DNA from: Tubiluchus corallicola
Taxonomy: Eukaryota; Animalia; Priapulida
Direction: 5' to 3'
Assembly (NCBI GenBank): GCA_030141605.1
Contig: JAQGDQ010002380.1
Span: 124,001-188,000 of the forward strand
Length of the DNA stretch: 64,000 nt
Of the stretch, positions 43,931-59,115 are shown piece by piece; position 1 is the stretch's first letter, and every line of letters begins with the position of its first letter. Made by a program: the position numbers and the translations under genes. Under the pieces are notes generated by a model that saw only the letters and a list, made by a program, of their open reading frames with translations, had not been told where the DNA came from and searched no databases.

Positions 43931-45826
43931 AACCAGCTGAGCAAATTTATTTATCAGAGAGTCCAAAGATATACCATTTGTGCTGGTGCAGCATGTAACC
44001 ACTAGCGTGTGTAAAATTTAGAAAATCACGCTTAACTTCTGAGAAAACAAAACAATAATAACAGATATGAGATTAATACTGTTTCACTTTTATATTTCAC
44101 AAATATGAACTTTCACTTCATAAACAATGACGTCAGGATTCGCCAGTTAAAATAATCCAATCCAGAAAAATGTGACACATTAATGATAAAACAGTATAGA
44201 TCTTAAATGTACCACAAAAATACTGGTACTTATGTAAGTGATTTCTAGTGATGTTGACTTTTCAGCAGTATCAGTCCTGCGTGACTTATAAATGAACAGT
44301 CAATCGCAAGGTACAATTATACGAGCTGTCATAGAAGAAATAAACTGGGGAAATAAACCTGTTAAGCAGTAACTATGACATCAGCTACCGTTCTGTCGGT
44401 TTCTCCAATCATTGGCACCTAGTAAGAAAACTACGTCTCTAGGAATGGCAACTTAACTTTATGATGCGTCCTTAAATGTCAATACCTTATTTTAAACTAA
44501 GTGTAAAGAAAGTGTATCAAAAAATGATGACACTATTTGCAGCAAGATAGAAAACCAAAAATGGCAGACGGTAATAACTTTATAATTTTATAACTTTATA
44601 ACCTAATTTTATAATATCAGCAGTCAATTGACCAAGATACTCATAATGACGAAAGTTTAGTTCATACTTGATTTAATACTTTTTGCAAGCTATATTATTA
44701 CTGTCTTGTGTAGGATCTAACTACAATGATACAGAGCCATGTAGTAATGGTTTTTAATTCATTTGTTGCCAATTCCAAAACCAAGTACAACATCCGGACA
44801 AACTGCAGAGCTGATTCAGTCAAAAGAAGCTGGAAAGTATTGCAACTTTAGAATAGAGAATGCACATGAAATATTTCTTACTATCTCATGGTCACATCCC
44901 GTAGAGCAGACTAAAAATTATATCGTTAAGCATAATCAATGAAAAACAGTGACAACATATGATACCACTAACATCAACATAGACCTAAATCAGACAGTGA
45001 GGGCAACTCAAAAAATACACTGGTCTTGAAAATATAATTTTTCAGATTGCTTCAAACTCCATTGTGATTTATATCTTCCCTGATACCTGATAACTTAATA
45101 ACAACATTCAAATATTGCACAAAGGTAACATCACATTATATTAGATAGTGTAATATAACAGGCAGCTACAACATCGTAAAGATTGCTCATACTGCCAAGT
45201 GTTAACTAAACAGGCTACTAAACAAGCCTGCTCAATCCATCAGTTCATTTATTACAAGTACACTTCTATATTCCATACTCATTACACTAATGTGTACAAT
45301 CATTTTCATTGTCAACTAACTTCAACCTAGGCAAGATCAGAAGACAATATTTGGTCACATGCTTGTCGCTACAAAATTTTCCAATCGTGAAGACAATAGC
45401 ACAAGTTTCATTTGCTTTAAAATTGGTGCAATAACATCTTTGAACTTGTGAATGTAATATAGCGTGTTTTATACAAATAGTCTGTGATTCACTTCATGAC
45501 CAAGAGACCATCACAAAATTCGGCTCACATTCCAGTATCTGCAAATAGGATTATGACAAGTACACTATTTGGGAATAATTTAACAGATGTATTGGTAATC
45601 TTGGAAACTAGTCACCATTCGAGTTACAAAGCGAACACATCACACTTAGCCCGCACATTGTGCAGAAAAACGTTCTCTTGTAAATTTCTCTTCTGTTATT
45701 GTTGCTGGTAACAAAAAAGCAGCTCCGTCACATGTAAGAAAAGTACCAAGTAGACGCCATCATGCACAACCATCAATGACACTAGCGACATGTGGAGCTG
45801 CTTTCAGAAACTCCTCTTCATTTTCT

Positions 45827-46956
45827 TCACACATCGTCTTTCAAAGTCGCCATACAGTAATCTACATGGGTCTGTTCAGAAACGATCCTCTGACTATTTA
45901 CTGCAGATGTGGTATAGTGTCCTATCCTGTCTCCAGGATACTTCAGCTTCTTACAACAAGACCCACTCATCACTATGGCTTTGAACCCTTGCCTGTATTT
46001 TCGGTTTAAGTAGGCATAGATGCACGGATTAATACAACTATTTGCAGTGGAAACCCACTGAAGGACGGGAACAGCGTGATTGACGTAACTTAGTGCCACG
46101 TCATCAAAACTGTTGAAGTAATAGCCGATGAAGATGGCGTACAAAGGTAGCCAAGAAATGGCGAAAATCAAGACTACCACCAGAAGCATTTTGATGACTT
46201 GGATCCGTTGGCGACGGACAATATTCTCATACTCTCGAGCATCGCCGATTAAATCTCTTTTCCACACAGCCAAGAAAATGTTCATGTAACAAAAACTGAT
46301 TGTTAAAAGTGGGGCAACATAGCAGAGGATGAAGACATTGAACAACAAATTCCACTTCATCGCGTGTTCGTACCCGTTCGGCCATTGTTCCATGCAGTAG
46401 CGTATGATTACTTGGCGATCTGCTGACGGATTATCAGTTATTTGGAAAAAAGCAAACCATGGAATAAAAAACGCCCCGGCGCAAATCCAGATGGCAGCAC
46501 AAGCTTTTCTAGCTGTCCTCAATGTCATCTGAAATTTCATTGGGTGGCAAATGGCAAAGTATCTGGAAAAATAACAATAAAGACAAAGTTATATGAAACT
46601 TGTTGGCTGATTGGAGTTGAACATATGTCAGATATAGCGGGGTTTTAACAAAACGGAGACAGGCTAGGAAATAGATAGAAGGTAACTACAGTTAGCAAAC
46701 ACTGACTAAACTGAAAAAGTTAACAAAAAATGTCTGACCATTAAGTTGGATGTTGCTGATGACTTCATTCAATAAAACTATTTTCAATCCTGTAAGACGG
46801 CAACTTACTTTGCAAGACTACATTTACAAATGTCAGTGCCACTTTTGCAGGCTTACCTATCAAGAGAAATTGCCACCAAAGTATACACAGATGTCGCCAC
46901 CGACAAACCCTGAAGCCATGACACCAACTTGCATGGTATCATGCCGAACTGATAAC
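45827..46956 (-). CDS. Class A neuropeptide GPCR, SIFamide/NPFF-receptor-like, 3' cassette A (TM3 exon + TM4-TM7/C-terminal exon); partial, 5' exon(s) not in window
   Basis: Exon 46956-46857 (100 nt, phase 1-2: GYQFGMIPCKLVSWLQGLSVATSVYTLVAISLD-R) splices to exon 46562-45827 (YFAICHPMKFQMT...CMEQWP...FAISWLPLY...ANSCINPCIYAYLNRKYRQGFKAIVMSGSCCKKLKY...DDV*). The DRY, WxP and NPxxY motifs are present. The post-TM7 NxKYRxGFxAIxxSxSCC segment resembles protostome SIFamide receptors. Confidence 0.9.
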
Positions 46957-48894
46957 CTATAATACAAAACACTCATGTTATAATAATAAACTAACAAAAA
47001 TATCATTATGCATAAAACGATTATGCATAATTATACATAAATTATAACACTACATCAGCATAATTAATGTTAAACAATGCTAAACAATGTTAAACCCACA
47101 ATAATTAATTAGCTATTGTCGTTGCTTATAGTTTTTGATCACATCAGTCAGTTAGGCACCTTCACAATAATTAATGTGTTTTAAAAAAATGTAAAACAAA
47201 AAGCAATTGTCACAATGCGATGTAATGTAAAATTTATTTTAGTCGTAATTATAAGCACTGGGCAACTACATTACGACTGTAACAGTCAGTTACACAATAA
47301 TAAGGCTTTCACAGTTTCGTTGTGCGCACGCGCAGTTGTTGTAGGTCGTAGGTTAAGTGTACCACAGCAACCCGTCGTATCTACAATCGTCACGTGACAT
47401 GTGGGTAAAGTAAAGCCCAGTTCAGTAACGTCAGTGTTTTCGTGGACTTCACTTAACTGTGCAATAGTCTGTGCGGGATCTTGTTTGGGAACAAGAGAAA
47501 ATGAATTAGAATTAATTACTAATCCAATAGCATGGACTGCGAGGTGTGGTCAAGTGAACACAAATGCGTTGTCTGGTACATTTAACCTTTGACCTTTCCA
47601 CGATCATCATCAATCGCTGGAACTGCGAAAAGGCTTATTAACTGACTGTACAAGCTACTGCTATTACTATAGCTAATGCTGCTATAACTGCTACATTACC
47701 ATTGCTATATAATAAACTAATTATATTAATTAATTAGCATAATTTAATTATTAGCAGTTTTCTGTATTAGTAATTATACCAATTAATCAGACCAACACTA
47801 GCAGTTAATTATCAGTATTATAATAATTCTCAATTGTTAAAACCTAATAACACTTATTATTATTATAAGGCATAATAATTCCGTTTTGTGCAATACAACA
47901 CACAATTTAACAATTGCAGACTTATCATCATCAAGTTTACAAAAATCATGGCATGTAAATTCCCTGCTCACAAATAAAAAATTAAACACAGTTAATCATG
48001 CTTTTGTGTTTAAATTAATTGTATTTGCGGGCGCTTAGAACTGCAAGAATGTGTTGGTGACATGCAGTCCACTGCACCTACATGCAGTTTACATGCAGAC
48101 ACGTGACATGCATGCGATAGTTGTTCTGAAACGCATAATAATTAATATGACGTTGAACGTTGGAGGTCTGTTTAATTTCTCGCAGCTTCAAAATGAAGCC
48201 ATTAATTAGGTCGTCATTGCAGCACGATAAGTGCTCGGTTCAGCTAGAGATAATGACTTATCTTCATTATGTTAGTACGATGTGACGAAAATTACGTGTT
48301 TATTAAGCGAAAAACCATCACGCATACCGTAGATGTCAAAACCAGAAGTGCCCATTCTGAGAAAAGTAGGAAAAAATTATGGCAAATAATCATTTGCGGA
48401 TGTCGTAGTAGCCAGTTAGTAAATGAATCAGCTACACATAGTGATGATAACTGTTTATTTGGTATAATACAAAATGTAAAGGCATAACAACTCTTTTTGC
48501 AGTAGAACTTGAGTAAACACTTTTGTATCCAACTTATACCTGATGTAAAAACTATACAACTGATTATGTTATAAAGTCACAATGATTGTATGTTAATGCA
48601 TGCCCAGTTGGTTAATGGAATAAGTAGCATAAATATGAACAATTCTGACAATTTCTCAGTCAAAAAAGCTTTTGTCGTTTTAACTTTAACACTCATAGCT
48701 AGTTTATTGGACAACAAGCGTATTTTCTGTTGGGAGGTTGCGGGTTCGATACTACGGTGGGGTAATACAAACACTTTTTACGTGGCACCTGCCTGGGTGG
48801 ATTAACGATTCTGTAATGTAGCTGTAGTTGTTATTTACAGCCGCTGATAAACGCCTAGTGTTGTCTATTGAGTTTAAAACCATCTTTAAATAAA

Positions 48895-48895
48895 G

Positions 48896-48978
<83 letters not shown>

Positions 48979-49015
48979 TATTACTATTATTATTACTATT
49001 ATTATTATTATTATA

Positions 49016-49087
<72 letters not shown>
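48895..49087. repeat. (TAT)n microsatellite
   Basis: Seen directly; immediately preceded by AATAAA. Confidence 0.95.
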
Positions 49088-49089
<2 letters not shown>

Positions 49090-51961
49090 AAGAAAAGCAA
49101 GGCCCTCTAGGAAGTTGGGCTTATTTCAAAAATGTTAGAAAGATTTAGTAATAAAATTGCTATAAGTGCTTCGTGTAATTAGTAAAATCTCCTTAAAATC
49201 GCGATCATTTCACGGTTGGGCGCTGCTATTTTTAAGGCCTGTTCTTCCCCTAATGACATCGTTCATCAAAAGCAGCCCACTCTTATTTGCCGTCAAAACT
49301 GTAAGTTTTCATAAAAAATTATACAGCTAATTTTTTGATATTTTTGTTCGAACATTAGGTATGCTGCAGAAGCTTGAATTAGTTTATGCAGCGCGTGCTT
49401 ACGGAAACTTACGATGCGCTTACGAAAAGTCACGAAGTCCACCAGTTACGCCACAATTTCAAGTGAACGGTGGCAACCACCGCGCCGGAAAATTTCAAAT
49501 AAAGCGAAAGTAAAAATTAACTTTATGCTTTATAGACAATTTTTGCAATTTTACTTCTTATATTTTTCTACATTTAGGTGATAGCAGTAAAATAAACCCA
49601 ACATGCTAAGTGACTTGTCATTTCTTTAAAGAAAATAAGCCTAAAGGTAAAGACGAATGATGAAATATGCTTAGCTTTAGCAGGCAGCAACTTTCTTACA
49701 CAAACTGTCACTAATAACATGTATTGTTATGGTCACAGCAGCCCCGAGCATTTCCTTTATTCGAGATTTAGTAAACTTCAGCGTTTCTTACGTCTGTTGA
49801 AAAGTGCAGATCGAAATCCATTACGCTTGTTTGATGCTTCAGCGGTGTGCCTTTTCTAATTCACTTATCAGTCTGAAGCAGCGGAAATAAATTATGAGGA
49901 AAAGTTTACGCGGTGTGACGACACAATTACAGAGTGAGTCCACAGAATGGTGATGCTGCGGTCAGTGATTCCCAGTCGTCCAAATATTTTTCTTGAAACA
50001 ACCGGTGATTTTCACTGAGTTGGTTGTTCTGAGATGAGGGAAGCAGAACAGCCGAGTGGCCACGGCGTGTACTTCGCGAGCAAGGCTAAGCCACGCCAGG
50101 CAGATGAATCAATCACTTGTGACCGCTTGTGTTCCATACTCTCTCTTGGCGGTTTCATTGGCCATACGAACTGTGGATGTTTACGTTCGAAGACTAGACG
50201 ATTTGAGTGCAGTGAGATGCAGCCCCAGCCGATTCAGTCCAACCTCATCCTAGCAGGTTAACTTCGTAATGAGTCACAAGGTGCAGAACGGTATAAAAAA
50301 TAAAATACTCTTGGTAAAATGGCAAAAGGCAAGAAGGTCTCAGCTGGCTTTGAACCAGGTGTCTTCAGGTACACAGGTACTGTTCTTGCTGTCATCGCGT
50401 AATTTTCGTTGATTTAAAAGTGAACTCGGTAGAACTGAGAAACTTTGGCCCACCTTACAGTGAGGAGCATTCCTTGGGGCATTCCTCATGGAACACATTG
50501 TTTTTTATGGCGCATTTCATACAGACGTCTCATGTGGAAATCAGATAAAAAAGTTTGGGATTCGTGAAAACAGTACGGATAGCAATCGCAGCACGAGTGG
50601 ACCATTTGTGTGGCAAGTTAACCCCGTAGTTTAAGAAAAAACGAAACCAAAACCAGGTTTTGTTTAATTTTCTGCATTCTGAGTAAAACGTTCAAATTTT
50701 TGATTTTTACAAAAACATTGGCCTATGAACGTTTTAAACTGAATTCACTTTTTTTAGGAATGGTAGCCTATTTAAAAATGTACAACATAAATATTATTTT
50801 TGCCTAAAAGAAACGTCAATATGTGTACTTAGTTATACTTATAAAGCTTTTTCATAATATATTTACTTTTAGTCTAAGTATCATGATGTAGCCAACATTG
50901 TTACAATTGTGTTTTTGAAAGCGTCATTTTCCTTGCGTCCTCAGTGTGAAGTGGGCCTTAGGAATTTATGTTCACCACGATCAGTGTTCTATTTTTTCGT
51001 TTTTGTAGTTGTTGCTATGGTCACGTTGTTGTCGTCATTGTCATCATCATCGTCATCGTCATCGGAGCCTTTCAGACGTTTAGACACTACAGAAAGCAAC
51101 ATCATTTATGGTGCTCTCAAACTACACATATTGGTAAAGGGGTAAAGTTGCACAGTTCACATCATGCCGAGATATTTTTGGTTTGAACTTGTCGTAAGTC
51201 GATAGATTGACGAACAAGAACGAAGACAACTCCTATAGAAAGCGAATACAGCCGCCAGCGGCAATCTAGGATAAATATCCCCTTGGAATCACTTAAGCGA
51301 GCGCCGAAGTAACGCGCTCAGTAATATTTATTTTGGGCAATACATTTTAGCTTGTAATTAGCTGTTTCAAAAATGCCATCTGCAATCGTAATATAAGATA
51401 ATACTGTAATTAAAAATGTAACATACGTATTTTGTGGAATACGTATACATTAGTGCTGGATCCTGCATGCAATAGCCGCTGCTACAAAGTATGAGAAGCA
51501 TTTTCATGCACTAATTTAAAAATGTGGTAAAGGCATGCTTATTATTCGTAATATATAATGCAGTGCCAGTGCTATACATGTATAAATAACAACCAAACGT
51601 ACCCATTGCAGCAGAAAGCGGTAACTTGCAGACGGTGTACAACCATAATCTCATTGTCCAGGTAAAATAAAAAAAATCTGGAGCCATCCACAAACGCACG
51701 TCGAACAGCAATAAAAACCGAGGGTAGAAAAAAGGAATGCAAACCAAAGCAATAGAAAGCACATAAGCACGAAACAGGTGCGAGCCACAACATCTAGATT
51801 AAAATGCGAAAAATTGTAGCATGTTCTGAAAAACTTGTAGGGGCTTTGTGACAGATATTTAACTATGGTGCAGGCTGTGTGTTTTTGCACCATCACAATT
51901 TTAAAAAGATGTAAAATAACCACATTTTAAAGTATATCACACTTAATACGCAGGATACAAA

Positions 51962-52200
51962 CGGAGGTGTACCACAAGGATCCACTGTAGGACAACTGCT
52001 TTTTCTTAGCTACATCAATGATCTCTTTCTTATTACTGATTTCAGTACATATCTTTTTGCTGATGACAGACCCCTTAATCAAATCCATCCACTAATTCAT
52101 TTCAGTTCCAACATCACAATAACAGAGAGCTAACTGGATAGAAGCATACAAATTATCAGCTAATTACACCAAAATTAAATATATGATACTAATAAGCAGC
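51962..52200 (+). mobile_element. Degraded RT fragment (CR1/L2/jockey-like)
   Basis: Translation from about 51963 gives GGVPQGSTVGQLLFLSYINDLFLITDFSTYLFADD, i.e. RT motifs B and C. Confidence 0.75.
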
Positions 52201-55200
52201 AAAGGATGTCTCTATTGGTGATCGCAAGATGTAAGGCATTCGCAGTACGGAGCACAAAAATAATTGGGAACAGATGCCCCTGTACGGTAAGTAGGTGTTT
52301 GTCAGGTGATGGATTGACTTCAAAGCCTTAAATACAGTCAGTTAACTTACGATCTTATACAACTTACGTGCCCTCTTGGCTGGTTGCTCGTTGTAACTAA
52401 ATTATCACTAAGCCCCCGGTTCATTTGTTCATGCTATGTTTCAGTTTATTGCTTTCTTGCCTGCTTTATAAAACCTATGCGAGCGAATGCAGTAATAAGA
52501 AGCAAAAAAATTTGCGTTTTGCCAAAAATAGCTGAACTAGCAGTGCTGAGCTATATGTAATAGCTTTTTATAGTAGCTATTTAAAACGCAAAATTCGCCC
52601 ACATAAATGGGTCACTGCAAAATTTTATACAAGGTGTCTAAAAAGTCAGTTTTGTAATTTTCGTGTAATTTAAGCAGGATTTCAAGTTTCTAAAAGTAGC
52701 AATAAATTACTCAGGATCTTCGTTGGCTTCAAGCTACAACCAAAGAGCGTGGACAAAAGAAGCTCGATTCTAAATTCAGCAAGATTGGTGGATACTGTTT
52801 GACAGAAAACTGAATTACCTGAAGAAAATTAAATTGCGTGAGGAATGGTAACGAAATCAAGTCTCTTCATACGCCAGAAATTATTGTGAAACGAAAATTT
52901 TCCAATAAAAATCAAGACGAGTTGATTCCACGACAGAATGGTATTTGGTCAATATTAGCTTTTTGTTGAACTGAGCTGTTTTGTTTTGCTTAAGTTATGC
53001 TGTTTAACATAAACAGGCTTTTCCACTGTTTTTTGGTACTCCAAAAATTTATAGCAACAATAGCTATTGTGATGACTTGCAATAGCTATTATACTAAAAC
53101 TAACGCTTTATACACCGTGTATGCATAGCTATAATGAAACCTAAAGGTAAGAATAACAGGGTAGTAATCATTGCGCACATCAAAGTCATCCATAAAAGAA
53201 AGACCTATTATAACGTAGGTCAGAAAAGTATTGTACACATACTTAAAAGTGCAATAGAAGTAATCTTGGCAGGTTATACTGAAAGGTGCTAATAGTTATT
53301 ATTATAAAATACTATTAAATGATATTTTATAATATCATATATATATAATATAATATCGTCTTTGTTTGTTATTGTTTAGGTCATTAATTAAGTCTTGTCC
53401 ATGTTGAGCTTAGCTCATAAGTTAATTTCTTCTACTACGCTCATAGCACTGCAATGCAATGTTAATTTGTAATTGTATAACTTTTGTATTGTGCTAAATT
53501 GATGAATAAATTAATCTAAATCTAAATATGTTTTATAAACGTACAGGTTAACCAACTAAAGTAGGTCCCCACTGGAGAGTGCTACGACACTCGTAGATTA
53601 TTTCTACTAATGCCATCATGCATCAGGGATTTGTAAATTTAAATTTACAGTTTGCTGTAAAAATATAGTCAACCATTGGGACAATGAGCAACTGAGCTGT
53701 ATATACTTCTAGGCACGTGTAAGTGAAATAAACTGGGAACCATTAAAGTTTTTGCTCCTCTGTGTGTGTGTGTGTACTGTAGACAAGCATAGAAATAGAA
53801 TTATCATTTTTGTGAAGCTCAGACGCTTCTGATGCAGATCTCATTTGAATTCAGAGACGTGACCGTATTTTGCAAAACAAAAAAAAACTAGCTGAAGAGT
53901 CGATACGTCGCTTAACCAAACGTCCACAAAGCAGTCAGTTGTCAATACTCGTCGGTTGTAGTCACACTGTAAGTTCCAATATATACTAAAATTATCATCG
54001 TCGTCGTCGTCGTCGCCATCGTTGTCATCACCACCATCATAATCAATATTCACTACCATGTGGCACCGCAACTAACACAAACATCAACGCCAACAACACT
54101 ATCATTGCCACTAACGCCCCATGACCTTATTCAGCCACCATTTTTAATTTTGCTGTTTAAATTTTTAACACCAACGGCAGCTAGAATGTCAGCTGCATTC
54201 AGTACGATTTACTACACGATGTTCACAATATTATAACGCTTTGTTTCACTCTCCTTTCATCAACCCTACACCTGGAGTTTAATACTTTCATCTGAACGCA
54301 CTGATTATTTTAAATTACCACACTTGTGTAAAAGATCACGTTTCTGTGACAGACTTGATTGTATGGTAAAGCGAGCGAGTCATCGTTTAATCATGACACC
54401 TGAGGCATGGCAGTGATTAAAAGAATTGTCAGTAGTAGAACTAAAAATCATAATAAAGGTCATTCTCACAGAAGCACAATGGGGAAAATAATTATACTGC
54501 AAGTCTGTAATTTGAGTGAAAGTCAGATTCAAATGTAAAGATGAATGATCATTGTTATCTATGTATAGTATTAAATGTTGACTTCATGGTTGTTGATGTT
54601 GGCACAGCAGTTGCTGCTGCTGCTGCTGCTGCTGCTGCCCTACTTTTGCTGCTCCTGTTCCTGTTGTTTTTTGCTGTTACTGCCGTTGTTGCTGTTGCTG
54701 TAATATTCTGGAATTTGTGATTAAGTACGAACGTATTGCCAATGTCTAACTCGCTTTTGTACTAGAAATATTCAATCTGGGTGATGTACCAGACAGGCTG
54801 ATGAAGTAGCTGTTATTGTTGGTGTTGCTGTTGTTTCTAAAATTCTATTTCAACTGCCTTTTTATAAATTTTGACGTCATTTTATGTCACAGTTTTCTGA
54901 AATTCTGTCCCTATAACAATTCTGCTTTTGCCGCTGATTTGCGCAAATCTTCATTGAAACGCCGCCTGGTGACAGTAATCATCAGCTGTCATTGGCACGG
55001 CCTTTGTTGTCATTATTCTTGAGTGACACTACAACAAGTCTACATAAGCCAAAAAAAATCTAAGTCCAAAAATGTATTAGAATGCGCAGTTAAGTGACGT
55101 TTCGTTCGAAATTCAAAAATTTTACATAATTCTAATAAAATACCTCCTAGTGTGCATCATTCGTAGATAGATGTTGAAAATCCAAACTTGTTAGACATCT

Positions 55201-55379
55201 TATATGTAAAACCAAATTACCTGCAACACGTTTTAGTCATTGTGGTGACGTTTTTACTGACAGCAGCAAAGGACACAGTGAAGCGGAATTTAGTGATGGC
55301 AGTGGCGTTTGCTGCAATGATTATAATGAAACTAGGGTAACAGTGATAATTACGATGATGACGACGATGGTGATATAAT

Positions 55380-55383
55380 AATA

Positions 55384-55432
<49 letters not shown>

Positions 55433-55488
55433 CGATGATGATGACGACGACGACGATGATAATGATGATGATGATGATGATGATGATA
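55380..55488. repeat. (GAT)n microsatellite
   Basis: Seen directly. Confidence 0.93.
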
Positions 55489-55741
55489 ACATAGTGATTT
55501 ACATAATACATGTTATTGTAGCCTTAGTTCTGCTTAAGAATCACACTTTGCCAATGAATGCCGCTATCCCTCTATTATTCATAATATCATTGCGATTGCT
55601 GTTATGGTTTCTCCTAAAAGCTGTATTTTATTAAAATAAATTCATAACCTCGTACTACTCAAATTATTTTATTATAAATTTATAGATGTGTCTGATGTTG
55701 TATTCTTTGATGTGTGGAAATAAATTCATAGTCATAATCAT

Positions 55742-56290
<549 letters not shown>

Positions 56291-57139
56291 GTAATGCTGC
56301 TAACGATAAAGATGGCGATGTGGCAGTGGTTAAGATAACGACTGAAATTTATGACACTTATTACAAATATCATATCACTTAGTTTAAGGGAATCAAACTG
56401 TGCTTAAAGCGAACATTTCCTAAGAAGGGCAGGACTAACCTGCCCCGCTAATGCCCTATACGGTTTTAAGCAATATAGGATTTTGCGGTTATTGTCTTAC
56501 GTGATTGCCGAAAAAATTTCTCCTAGGCGGCCTCCCAGGGAACTCGGATTTCAGTGTTCAATAATCATTTCAACGCAACCTATTACGGCAAATTTCTATC
56601 ATAATTTCTTAACGTTAAATGATTTATATTTGACATTTTGCGATATAAATCCCAAACGACTACACTGACAATAGACGTTCAAAATCACCTTGGATTTTGA
56701 TTGTAATACAATCTTTGCACAGTAACTTCATATGTTTTTACCCAAAATTGACATTAGAATATTATAATATAATTTTATCGCTGCAAACTGACAGTATTTA
56801 GACACTCCTTCTAGAAGTGAAAATTGCTAGACATCTTTGAGCGAAATATATGAAGAAGAACAGGTGGAAGAACAAGAAAAAGAACAAAAAATGAAGGAAG
56901 AGAAGGAGAAGGAGGGCTGGTCTTATATATGCAACTGAGGAAGCGCAGGGGTAGATGGTTACGGTAGAGCCCTCTTCCCTCCTCCCATAGCAAGTAAGTA
57001 AGATCTTTATTTACCATAACAAATAATCGTAGCAAATAATTAAGAAACCTAATCAGTGAATGTTTTAAAAAACATACACTGTTAGAGGCAAATGAGACAA
57101 TGGAAAAGCTAAACTACACGTACAAATAACAAAACAGAA

Positions 57140-57695
57140 CTTTAAACTTAAAGGAAGACAGGATGATTTTTCATATACCACCCCATTTTCAAGTCTGATA
57201 AAACGTGTACATTTTAACACAATTAATACTGCAAAAGCGTTTCTGATAATTAAATAATAGATTAAAAACTTAGATCCCAACTATTGATGACAGACACAAA
57301 CTAACATAATTTTCAACAACAAAAATATTCGACGAGCGTGTTGCACGTGTTGGCGAAAGCGAAAATTGAACTGCAGTACTACCGTAAGATATTCAGAATT
57401 TCAAATTTACCGTTGTGCTCACGCATGAGCTGTCGAACGTGTGTAGTTCGTCACAAACTAACACATCTGAACTGAGAGGTACAGCACCTGTTTTTGTGCA
57501 ATGCGTTTCTAAAATGCAGGCGCTAGTGCCTCTCTAACTAGCGAATGGCGAAATGCGTGTAACAGCGAAGAACTAGTATCAAAAATGTGAAATTGTGTTT
57601 GTGTTGTAATAACTCTAGTACGTTTCCTTTCAATATTTTAAAGAATAGACTATTTTGACCTACAGTTTAAGATTGGGTCCGAATTTGCTTTAAAC
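57140..57695 (+). repeat. Dispersed repeat, homologous to 9168-9750
   Basis: Same shared blocks, same orientation. Confidence 0.85.
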
Positions 57696-58879
57696 TTTAC
57701 ATATTAACAAACTGACTAAGATCAGGTATTGAATTAAAAATGAGTAGTCCTAGAAACACGACCAGAAAGATCTGTTCATGTGGAACATGACTAGTAAATT
57801 CCCAACACAAGTGGGAGTCGAACCCAAAACCTTTGAATCAGCACACATAGAAAGACGACCACTGCAAATTACTGTAAATAAATTTGATAAATAAAATAAA
57901 CGAATTTGCAGATAAATACATAGAGCTTACAAAGAACACACTTTTGACTCCTGTTCGTTTATCTGCCGCCATCTTGTTGCAGACAAAGTTTGCTGGTATA
58001 TCCCTCCAGTGACCCTGTGTTTCCACAAATTTCCCTTCTTTTTGTGGGAACAGCGGGAAAAATTGCTATTTAAATTTTGCGGCAATGGCGGCATTTCTAT
58101 ACACATTGATTGAGTTGAAATTTTAAATTATAAATTAATTCATAATTTAAGCGTTTGTTGATTATTCAGCGGTAGATCAAGAATTACTGGACATTTAAGA
58201 GAAATTAAACTTGGCACGATTACTGCGCCATTTTCAGTCATTTTTCCTTTGTAAATAATTAGTCTTGTAAACAGAAATTCATCGACGTTTCGTTTCACGT
58301 TCAATGTCGCTAAATTTCTGTTAAATTTCTGTTAAAAAGAATAATAATTGCAACTGAGGTATACATTATGGGTATGCATATGGCCTTATATTTATTTTCT
58401 TAATACTAATGCCATTTTGACTTGGAATATTTGCCCATTGGACTATACATTTACTAACCTTTTTTTAAATGTTTAGCTTACTAATCCTCTGTTCTTTGTG
58501 GAAATATTTATTTTATTTGTCATGCAGTAAATGTCCTAAATAGTGATTTTTAATTAAGCTTTGTTTATTGCATTTGTTTATTGTTTGTTTGTGGCATTTA
58601 TTGTAGTATTAAAACACAAGGATTGTCAATAATTACTTTATGAGATCAGATCTATTAAACTAAGCAAAATGACAAATTTTCTTTTTAACGATGCCAAGAA
58701 GCCTACAAAGCATCCACCACCACCATCATCCAATGAATCACACGTCCAGGGACATGATTCTGCTCACCTCTCTATGCCAGGTCTCCCTGCTCGCCGCAGT
58801 GCCCCAAGTGCATTTATTTCTAAGGATCAATGCTGAAGTGTTTAAATCTTTCTGTGCAAAATCTAAATATGTTAACATT

Positions 58880-59115
58880 TGTCCCCTGCAGGTTTTTTAG
58901 CTGGTTCTATGGCTTGTTGAAGAGCTATCTTCACTGGAATATCATCAGGTAGTCTAAACATATGCCCAATCCATCTTAAACGGCGTCTTTTTATTTTTCT
59001 TGTCCAAGGTTCTTCTTTTATTTTTTTCATATAGATCTTTGTTTGAAATTTTCTTTGGCCATCTAATACCCAAAATGTTTCTGTAATTTCGCCTTTGAAA
59101 CACATCGATTTCAAA
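58880..59115 (-). mobile_element. RTE-clade LINE 3' fragment (frameshifted)
   Basis: Two overlapping frames give FQRRNYRNILGIRWPKKISNKDLY and IKRRRLRWIGHMFRLPDDIPVKIAL, the typical RTE ORF C-terminus. Confidence 0.75.

Noticed and set aside
44359-44418. VPMIGETDRT segment resembling RPVIGETRD of cassette B (possible third cassette relic)
   Set aside because: The match is only about 6 residues with no flanking TM similarity, so it is probably chance.
50034-50261. GC-richer island with short ORFs
   Set aside because: No recognisable motif or splice structure; possibly a repeat fragment, but I cannot support a call.
51511-51923. Hydrophobic minus-strand ORFs as the missing GPCR TM1-2 exon
   Set aside because: No GN (TM1) or NLAxxD (TM2) motifs; hydrophobicity reflects T-rich composition next to a LINE fragment.
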